From: Paraspadella gotoi
Lineage: Eukaryota; Animalia; Chaetognatha
DNA length: 6,819 bases
Assembly (NCBI GenBank): GCA_051294375.1
Contig: JBJCIZ010000811.1
Location: forward strand, 1-6,819
Direction: 5' to 3'
A model generated the notes under the pieces. It did not search any database. It was not told the origin of the DNA and was given only the letters and a program-made list of their open reading frames with translations. The position numbers and the translations under genes were made by a program. Shown here in pieces: positions 1 to 6,819 of this stretch (positions are counted from its first letter, which is position 1; the number at the start of each line of letters is the position of its first letter).

Positions 1-77
1 ATTCAGCTCCAGCTCCAGCTCCGGCCAAATATGCCAGCTCAGGCAGCTCCGACTCCAGCTCCAGCTCCACATCCCTG
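1..77 (-). mobile_element. Terminal fragment (TIR/subterminal GGAGCY array) of a non-autonomous hAT-like DNA transposon, truncated by the window edge
   Basis: The minus strand from 77 reads CAGGGATGTGGAGCTGGAGCTGGAGTCGGAGCTG...GGCCGGAGCTGGAGCTGGAGCTG. A CAGGG end followed by (GGAGCC/GGAGTC)n hexamers resembles widespread invertebrate hAT MITE ends; here most CCGG appear decayed to CTGG. The other end is not in the window, and the family call is from recall. Confidence 0.55.
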
Positions 78-110
78 CTTTTCTGAATTGTTTAAAAACG
101 AGTTCAGGCT

Positions 111-180
111 CTCTCTCCGTCTTTCTCAGTCTCTCTCAGTCTCTCTCTGTCTCTCTCTGTGTGCATCTGTCTCTCTCTGT
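111..180. repeat. CT-rich 10-bp tandem repeat, (CTCTCTCWGT)~7
   Basis: Successive decamers: ctctctccgt, ctttctcagt, ctctctcagt, ctctctctgt, ctctctctgt, gtgcatctgt, ctctctctgt. Confidence 0.9.
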
Positions 181-252
181 ACGATCTCTTGCGTGATCGT
201 TCGTTTTTTTAAAAATTCTTATTATTTTTTTCTTTCTCATAAGTTTTATTAT

Positions 253-309
253 CGCCATTTATTTTTTTTCTCAATACAAACCCAAATTACATCCGAGATT
301 TTGTGAATT
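253..309 (+). repeat. Left copy of a ~55-bp imperfect direct repeat (partner at 5424-5476)
   Basis: cgccatttattttttttctcaatacaaacccaaattacatccgagattttgtgaatt aligns with cgccatttttttttaatacaaatcccaaatttattccgagatttccgtggatt. Confidence 0.8.
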
Positions 310-415
310 CATTTTAGAAAAAGGGAAAAATAACTTATAATGCAGAAATGTCACACATGTACATTCAACTTGTTGACAGGTAGGCGATACCTGCTATATA
401 TCCGGAATTGCACGG

Positions 416-420
<5 letters not shown>

Positions 421-448
<28 letters not shown>
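421..448. repeat. T28 homopolymer (A28 on the strand carrying the ORFs)
   Basis: 28 consecutive T residues. Confidence 0.95.
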
Positions 449-451
<3 letters not shown>

Positions 452-1639
452 TTAGATTTAGACGAGAATCTCGCTTAAAAAAAATTCAACATTTTTCTAA
501 TAGAGATTTCCGTTAAAATCTGACTACCCAAATTGCAAACGAGATTGCCAGAAATTCGGGTAAAAAACAGTTGTAAAAACACACGATTCGATAGCGTTAT
601 ATCTTAAGAGCAAGCCAAATTCGTCTTATGGCATTTGATAAAATATTTATATCAAACAAGCCAGGGGAAATGCACTAGTCATCTCGGAGAATTTTCAAAC
701 CTTGTTTTTACTATAAAAATGAAAGGGAAATTTTGCTTTTCAAAAATTGTAAACGGGGCTAGGGTATGTTAACATATAAATATTACTTCAAATTTGAGAT
801 TTAGAAAGCTCTTGTCTCAAGAGCTTGCCAAATTTTTCTTTTCATTATTGACCAACTCTTCATAGTAAACCAACGTTGTAAAGTCCATTGGTCTGGTTTG
901 ACAACATGAAATTTTTATTTAATAAGGAATTAAAAGGAAGGTTAGAGAAAAACTGATTTTTCCTGATATCTCTTGAAGGAACAAAGATACAGGGATGGCA
1001 ATAGTACCAAAATGAAGCCATAATCATTGGGCACATACAAGTTACAATATTAGAATTATTTTTGCTGAAACCTCTTTACAGGGTGAGTGTCAAACTAAGT
1101 CAAAATTATAATGAATTTTAAAACTAATGAAACCCTATAAAAATAAATGAAAATTAAATTCTTTTTAGTGATTCAGAAAGAAAAAAGGCTAAATTGTACT
1201 ATAGTAAAACTTTAAAGTTTTTTGGATAAAGAAAATATAATTTTTTTTCACTTAAATATTTGGTTGACTGATATTACAAGCATGCTTACAAAATTCTACA
1301 AAATATTATTCAACCCATCACAGCCTAACTATTTATTTTCTTTTTCCACCAGCAAAAAGTAAACATTATTTATGTTAGAGAACAGGGATGTTTACTGAAA
1401 TGAGCTGGAAGACGTTCAACTACTTCACTTTAATGTCATTTTTCAATAATAAAATATAGGCGAATCTTTAATTATTTAACTCTCACAGGCTTCACAAGAC
1501 ATTTTACTTTCTTAATATCCCAATAAAATGTAATTCATTATATTTTTTTACCCAGAAATCATAAAATAACAGAAAGTTATAGGATCCCTTCGCTCTTTTA
1601 GAAAAAAAAATTAACTAGCGGAATTATAAGTTTGTAAGA

Positions 1640-2221
1640 GGAGTCAGAATCGGCGAAAATCTTAAAAGGCGAGAATGTTGAAAAAAGGGTGGAATTTTGA
1701 TGGGTTTCCTAAGATTTCTCCACAATGTGAGGTCCGATTAAAGCGAAACTTGTTTATCAATATTCCCTCATTCCACATCTATCGATATAAAATATAAGAA
1801 AAAAGTCACTGGCTTCTTTTTCTATAGCGGCTTCCTATTAGATTACTAGCTCCTTCCGAAAAAGAGCAAAGATCTCTTTGTAGCTTCCATTGGAATCCCC
1901 CGCGAGTTCGCCATAATTATGACTTTTAAGGATTGTGTGCCATGGAAACTACGCCAAGACTCCGCACCCCTCTCACAAAGAATTCGCAACCAAAATTTCT
2001 AATTTATATAAAAATGAAACATGTTTACCAAAAGATATTTTAAAAATTTGAATTCTGAAGCAGAATTCGTAACTGAGAATTAAAAACTCGTATATAGGAG
2101 ACAAAAAAATAGACTCGTACATACGAGACAAAAATAAGCACTTCTCAGTTAAGATCGTGGATTGTTCGCCTTGTCGAGTGACGTTCAAGTCCTAACCATA
2201 AGATCCGTCCGAATCTTAAGA
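1640..2221 (-). other. Putative structured 3' UTR of the ORF1/ORF2 transcript
   Basis: Dense inverted repeats downstream of the ORF2 stop: 2199-2218, 2070-2079/2142-2151, 2050-2068, and 1648-1653/1734-1739 enclosing 1657-1664/1710-1717. CpG appears more often here than in the AT-rich 1090-1560 flank (judged by eye). The distal boundary is uncertain. Confidence 0.5.
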
Positions 2222-3907
2222 TTAGCTAGGAGCAGGTGTGGGCCTTTCTAATGAGGCTGACATGGGATAAGCTGCTGCTTGTTGATCTGAAAAGATCACC
2301 TTTTCCCATCCCAGGAAAGCCGCCATTATGCCATAGATTACAAAAAACGGTATGCCGAATACGATTCCTATAGTGACAAGTTGTATGCTTTGCTTTCGTT
2401 TAGGATACATGCTAACGCTTACCATACCTGAAAATATCCCCAAAACCAAAATCATAGTTAACCACCTTGGAAATGAGCACATCTGAAAACAAAGTCCTAA
2501 AGAGCCAGATATTAAAAATAAAACGTTAATTGCCAAGTTAGCGAGCGCTCCAAAAATTGGTCCAAAAACAACTCCATCTCTGTGAGTCGTCGAGGCAATA
2601 AATGGGGCATAAGCCATAGCGATTGTCGTTTTACTAACAAATGTAAAGAAAACTAAACATGCTAAAAAGATCCCAACTACACACTCTATTAACCCAAATT
2701 GGATCATATGAAAAACAAGGTAGAGAAGCAAATGCGCCGCAAAAATGGGCCTATGCCACATTCCAACCATGAACGCGACAACATTCGACATCCATCCCTC
2801 AGTAGCTGTTCCAAGAAGACGTTCAAATATTTCGATACCTTTTGCACCGTGGAAAACCGCTGCAACCTCGCTCTGCTTTCGATTAAGCAGGACTCTAGTT
2901 GTAGGCTCAAACGTTGCAATCAGTACAACAAGAAGCAAACCCCCAAATCGGTTGACGGTACTCCACGCAGCCGTCCACCAATCCAGTGTGTGATATGGAT
3001 AAACCCACGTCCACATCTCCGTCATCCATGAAAGTGAAAATTCATATGTCTTCTCACCAGAGGAAAACCATGATGTAGGTTCGTCCTGTTTAACGTAATA
3101 ATTGTACGCCTCCTCCTTTTTGTTCAAATAATAATCTTCAGGAGGGTCAAAGTAATACCAGTGGCAAGGCCAACCGGTTACTTTCCCCGTAAATCTTATC
3201 ATTCTATCTAGAATATAATTAGCATTAAAACTTAACCCCGCTGTTCCAACAGAAATACTAACCAAAACTGATATTAGTAAACAAATCCTAATAATCTCCG
3301 TAACAGAGTGCTGTGAAAACCTTGGTATAAATAATGTGAATACTCCCACCATAAAACCAAATATGCATATAATTGCTGTACTAAATGTCAAAAATTCAAA
3401 TTTTAAACTTAAGCCAATTCCTACTACTCCAAAAAATATCAAGAGAAATTTAAGCAATGGTCCTATAAAATCCGGAATTCTACAAAATAATCCTATTATT
3501 CTAATAAACCCTGAACCAACACAAACATATCCTGACCATGAAAATATGGACAATAAACCTCCTAAACCTATTCTCGCGTACCAAGGTAGAAAGTAAAGTA
3601 GCCAAAACAGTGTCATGCCTCCAAGGCCATAGACACATATAAAGACTACCCCAGGTTTTGCCCCTGTCTCATCGCATATCCATCTAACAATGTTTGAAAT
3701 TCTAACCAAATCTTCTTCTAATCCCTGTGGAAACCTAGCTAATTGATCCTGAACCATATAGAGTATAGTTTCAACTGTATCGTTACCCAGATCCTCCGTA
3801 TCTAAAATCACACTCTCACCAAAAGCCAAAGCCTCAAGTTCGAATTGCGACAATAGATCAGAGAGATTTTCCCTCTCCGTCTGGGTGCGATCGGAGAGGG
3901 AAATCAG
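2222..3907 (-). CDS. ORF2: multi-pass membrane protein (~10-13 TM), probably made as the -1 frameshift extension of ORF1 (561 aa after the shift); jingmenvirus VP3-like architecture
   Basis: Uninterrupted frame from CTG at 3907 (LISLSDRTQTERENLSDL-LSQFELE...) to TAA at 2224-2222. The ORF track start at 3853 is TTG; the first ATG is at 3757. There are many hydrophobic ~20-aa segments and an aromatic-rich hydrophilic loop (GWPCHWYYFDPPEDYY...). The VP3 likeness is inferred from size, topology and frameshift context, not from alignment. Confidence 0.85.
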   Translation of the reverse strand: MISLSDRTQTERENLSDLLSQFELEALAFGESVILDTEDLGNDTVETILYMVQDQLARFPQGLEEDLVRISNIVRWICDETGAKPGVVFICVYGLGGMTLFWLLYFLPWYARIGLGGLLSIFSWSGYVCVGSGFIRIIGLFCRIPDFIGPLLKFLLIFFGVVGIGLSLKFEFLTFSTAIICIFGFMVGVFTLFIPRFSQHSVTEIIRICLLISVLVSISVGTAGLSFNANYILDRMIRFTGKVTGWPCHWYYFDPPEDYYLNKKEEAYNYYVKQDEPTSWFSSGEKTYEFSLSWMTEMWTWVYPYHTLDWWTAAWSTVNRFGGLLLVVLIATFEPTTRVLLNRKQSEVAAVFHGAKGIEIFERLLGTATEGWMSNVVAFMVGMWHRPIFAAHLLLYLVFHMIQFGLIECVVGIFLACLVFFTFVSKTTIAMAYAPFIASTTHRDGVVFGPIFGALANLAINVLFLISGSLGLCFQMCSFPRWLTMILVLGIFSGMVSVSMYPKRKQSIQLVTIGIVFGIPFFVIYGIMAAFLGWEKVIFSDQQAAAYPMSASLERPTPAPS

Positions 3908-3913
3908 TTTTCC
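3868..3913 (-). promoter_or_regulatory. -1 programmed ribosomal frameshift signal: slippery heptamer G_GAA_AAC (3913-3907) plus stimulatory stem-loop (3903-3868)
   Basis: Minus strand: TCG GAA AAC TGA TTTCCCTCTCCG-ATCGCACCCAGA-CGGAGAGGGAAA. The heptamer is in the correct ORF1 phase, the 0-frame stop follows directly, and the GC core of a 12-bp perfect stem starts 6 nt after the heptamer. The -1 frame is ORF2. Confidence 0.85.
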
Positions 3914-4941
3914 GATAACGCCTCACGCCTAACCTCTATATATGCACTATGTTCTTGTCCTCCATGACGAATAAGTCCTTTCCTCAAAGCCAGGAACCAC
4001 GCATTTTGACCTCGGACCATCTCCTTTGGACAGCATGCGCTTGAAGGCAATAGAACTAGCTCCTTCTCCAAGTAATCCCGATTCCAATGTAGGTTACGAG
4101 AATGTAACTCGGAGAAGCGTCTACACTGTGATGGTGAGTTGACTGATTTCGTTCTATCAACCTTTTGACCATCAACAGAAAAGACACGTTGGAATCCGGA
4201 TATTGGAAAATAGGCGTAATGCCTCAATGTGGTAATGGGTAGCACGTCCACTTCTTTCTCACCAGCCACACAGGCGTATCCATACATATGTCCGCCTCGT
4301 AGTTTCAAGTGAGGAGATTCCAAAGTTTCACGAAAAACATTCAACTTAAAGAACCCCGAATAAATCAAGTAGTGTTTCAACACGCCTATGAACCAACCAT
4401 GGGTCTCCCCAAATTGGTAGCCCATTCCCACAAGGTAAGATTTTACGTCCTCCAACTTAAATGCCTCCCTAATCAACTCCTTGGCTAGATCTGGATTTTT
4501 CTTCGAAACGGCTGTCTGCAACTTTGAAACAATTGATGAAATCTTATTTAAATAATCAGAGTCCTCTCCCTCTGACTTATGCTTATGTTCCTTTTTTAAA
4601 AAAGTTTCAAACTTCTTGGCACCATCGTCATGAACTTCATCACAAAGTTCAATTACTGCTTCCGTTTTGTTTTCCATATCCAGAATTTCTTCAAACTTAT
4701 CCGAACTCTCTTCAATGTCCAGTTTATTTATACCATTAATCAAAATATCTGTTTCCTCATTTTCTTTACAAGTCTCTAATTCTTTACTAAAGGCCTTTGC
4801 ATACGACTGATTCACACCTTGGACAAAACCTAAGTACTCACCATCTGGTTTTTCTGATTTAACCTCGAATTCTTTAACTGCTATAAAAAAGTTCCCATGA
4901 ACTGTCAATATTAAAAGCAAAAACGTCACTTGTTTAATCAT
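3904..4941 (-). CDS. ORF1: 345-aa signal-peptide-bearing secreted/luminal protein; jingmenvirus VP2-like position
   Basis: ATG at 4941 in an AAAATG context (the track start at 4953 is GTG). The N-terminus MIKQVTFLLLILTVHG/NFF fits a signal peptide. It has an acidic/Lys-rich N-terminal half, N-glycosylation sequons NQS and NKT, 6 Cys, no further TM segment and no introns. Confidence 0.85.
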   Translation of the reverse strand: MIKQVTFLLLILTVHGNFFIAVKEFEVKSEKPDGEYLGFVQGVNQSYAKAFSKELETCKENEETDILINGINKLDIEESSDKFEEILDMENKTEAVIELCDEVHDDGAKKFETFLKKEHKHKSEGEDSDYLNKISSIVSKLQTAVSKKNPDLAKELIREAFKLEDVKSYLVGMGYQFGETHGWFIGVLKHYLIYSGFFKLNVFRETLESPHLKLRGGHMYGYACVAGEKEVDVLPITTLRHYAYFPISGFQRVFSVDGQKVDRTKSVNSPSQCRRFSELHSRNLHWNRDYLEKELVLLPSSACCPKEMVRGQNAWFLALRKGLIRHGGQEHSAYIEVRREALSEN

Positions 4942-5009
4942 TTTAAAAAACACCTTTGAAAAACAATGTTGTTATGTATTTATCAAGAAGAATTTGTTCG
5001 TTTACCGGA

Positions 5010-5034
5010 ACTGTCCTATTAACAAACCTTTATA
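5010..5034 (-). promoter_or_regulatory. Possible TATA box (TATAAA, 5034-5029) and CAGT initiator-like motif (5013-5010) upstream of ORF1
   Basis: Minus strand TATAAAGGTTTGTTAATAGGACAGTT lies about 70-90 nt before the ATG. The spacing (~22 nt) is shorter than typical and the region is AT-rich, so support is weak. Confidence 0.25.
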
Positions 5035-5423
5035 ATAGAAAAATGTAACAATCTAAAATTTCATTCAAGATTAAAATTTTTAAGATGAGGAAATAAAATT
5101 TATTTTAATAAGTAAAAAAAATATTTGGAAGTCAAAAAATATCATAGTCGTTAACTGATTATTGTCAACTATATATTTTGTTAATAGAGATTATAATTTT
5201 TTGACCGTTATTATGAAAATAGTTTAGCTTTATAGCGACGAGTTTTCATTTCATACAATCAATATCAATCTCATTCATTTTCAATAATATGCAAAAAATT
5301 AAGGTTTTCAAACCTCATTTTGAACTAGATGAAACAAAAGACTTCAGTCTTATTTCAATTGAAAAAAATAGAAATTTAATTGATGCTTCATCACACTCTA
5401 ATAAAACAATTTTATTTTTAACA

Positions 5424-5476
5424 CGCCATTTTTTTTTAATACAAATCCCAAATTTATTCCGAGATTTCCGTGGATT
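5424..5476 (+). repeat. Right copy of the ~55-bp imperfect direct repeat (partner at 253-309)
   Basis: Shares CGCCATTT, a T-tract, AATACAAA and CCCAAATT-N5-CGAGATTT with 253-309. Confidence 0.8.
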
Positions 5477-5542
5477 TTTATTTTTTCCTTCTAAAAACTT
5501 GTATTATTTTTATTATTCTCTTTATATTTCTCTCTCAATCAA

Positions 5543-5575
5543 CTCTCTCTCTCTCTCTCTCTCTCTCCTCTCTCT
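5543..5575. repeat. (CT)n microsatellite
   Basis: About 16 CT units with one interruption. Confidence 0.95.
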
Positions 5576-5593
5576 TAATTTAATCATCACGTC

Positions 5594-5832
5594 ATGAATG
5601 ACTAGCATCGCATCAATGAATGACTATCATCGCATGCAATGAATGACATCATCGCATGCAATGAATGATTATCATCGATCAATGAAGGACTATCATCGCA
5701 TCAATGAATGACTATCATCGCATCCATCATTTGGTTATCATCGCATCAATCCTTCGGTTATCATCGCATCACATATTTGGTTATCATTGCATCAATATTT
5801 GGTTATCATCGCATCAATATTTGGTTATCATC
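5594..5832. repeat. ~22-bp minisatellite, ~11 units, with constant core TATCATCGCATCA
   Basis: About 6 units of ATGAATGAC-TATCATCGCATCA followed by about 5 units of ATATTTGGT-TATCATCGCATCA. Confidence 0.92.
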
Positions 5833-6819
5833 AAAAGCAGGCTCGATCCCTATTGCTTTTAGATTTTTAGTACTTATTCTTAACCTGTCTTTAACCTCCC
5901 ACTGTCTTTTTCTTATTTTTTTGGAAACCTCTATCTCTCTCCCTCTTTCACGTTTCACACCTTATACTTTGTCAAAAATTTTCACAAATGACTTATTAAT
6001 TTTTTGCGCTAATGAAGACTTACGTCTAAAGTTTAAAAATTTTCCTTTTTAAAATAAAATTGTTGCATAAACAAAACAATATCGGTACATCCAATGTTTT
6101 GCGCCACAGTGACTTTCTTTTTATGAAATTGGTACAACCAATATAAAAATTATCCATTCATTCAATAAATAAGCTATCTTGCCCCTGACTTTGGACAGGC
6201 TTTGGTGGTTTAAGGCCTCCATCACTCTTACAAGATAATTACATAGCAGGTCCCTGCAAGCTTTCAATCAAGACTCTCTGACAGTCCTGTTTATTCACTC
6301 CCAGAGTACCTGGCCTCCCTATCAATGAAGTGGAAAATATTTCAAAGAATGTTTCAATTGTATGAAAAGACCACTCCCTTAAGTATTTGTATATTTATAT
6401 GTGTATTTCCATATGATCACATGATTAGAAAATTATTTAAAAAAAAGTTTTATGGTTGATCACTACTGTGCAAAGTTTCATTACAAACAACCAGACATTA
6501 CAAGAAATATAATGAGTTCGGGGTTCCAGCCTACACTATATGACAGTATGTGTCAACTGACTACACAAGTATGAAACACATGCACAAGAAGCATTTAGTA
6601 ATGACTTACCAGTCTGCCAAGTATTACCTAAAATAACTTTCTTAGCCCGTGTATTTATGGCATGCAATATATTTATAGTATTATCTTTATAAAATAATAA
6701 ATTTTCAAAATAAATTTTCTTTAATTTTTATTAATGTTTTAGATTTTTCGTAAAAAATTAGACCAAAAAATATAAAACATTATCATAAATTTTTTTGTAT
6801 TCAGTGTCAAAATTGGAAA

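Noticed and set aside
31-306. 91-aa plus-strand ORF (PA-rich, then SL-rich)
   Set aside because: It is a translation of the hAT-like hexamer repeat, the CT microsatellite and T-tracts, with no protein-like content.
1973-2188. 71-aa minus-strand ORF downstream of ORF2
   Set aside because: TTG start, short, and overlapping the structured UTR domain; no evidence of coding, although a small ORF cannot be fully excluded.
2225-2270. ESCRT late-domain motif in the C-terminal YPMSASLERPTPAPS
   Set aside because: It does not match PT/SAP, PPxY or YPx(1,3)L exactly.
2699-3596. Short ORFs overlapping ORF2 (2699-3031, 2704-2919, 2745-2993, 3336-3596) and 4524-4739 within ORF1
   Set aside because: Antisense or alternative-frame shadows of the long ORFs, mostly with non-ATG starts.
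3840-3891. H-type pseudoknot between the frameshift hairpin loop and downstream sequence
   Set aside because: Only 4-bp complementarity (CAGA/TCTG) is visible, which is insufficient; a simple stem-loop is called instead.
2222-4941. gag-pol retrotransposon interpretation of the frameshifted ORF pair
   Set aside because: No zinc knuckle, protease, RT (YxDD) or integrase motifs; ORF2 is almost entirely hydrophobic, and there are no LTRs.
5016-5205. 10-11-bp inverted repeats (5016-5026/5177-5187 and 5131-5140/5196-5205)
   Set aside because: Very AT-rich and plausible by chance at this composition.
5594-5832. CRISPR-like appearance of the constant-core repeat
   Set aside because: The core is only 13 bp, the linkers are 9 bp and repeated rather than unique, there are no cas genes, and the context is eukaryote-like.
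5289-6052. ORFs 5289-5597 and 5708-6052
   Set aside because: Low-complexity translations running through T-tracts, (CT)n and the minisatellite.
6170-6540. Slightly GC-richer stretch and a TGTGCAAAGTTTCAT motif suggesting a decayed repeat
   Set aside because: No ORF, termini or partner repeat identifiable; it cannot be classified from sequence alone.

Overview
AT-rich, eukaryote-like (probably invertebrate) DNA with microsatellites, a 22-bp minisatellite, a T28 run and the end of a hAT-type DNA transposon. The centre holds an intact, intronless two-ORF cassette on the minus strand. ORF1 (ATG 4941 to TGA 3904, 345 aa) starts with a signal peptide. ORF2 (to TAA 2222) encodes a protein with about 10-13 transmembrane segments. 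The junction carries a strong -1 programmed ribosomal frameshift signal: G_GAA_AAC, then UGA UUU, then a 12-bp perfect stem-loop. This predicts a 345-aa secreted or luminal protein plus a ~906-aa fusion membrane protein. The layout resembles jingmenvirus segment 4 (VP2 with signal peptide, -1 frameshift, multi-pass VP3), so an endogenous jingmen-like structural segment or a related new element is the leading hypothesis; this rests on architecture only, and no homology search was run. A hairpin-rich ~600-nt putative 3' UTR follows the cassette. It is bracketed by ~55-bp imperfect direct repeats carrying a bipartite motif, CCCAAATT-N5-CGAGATT, found three times in the window.
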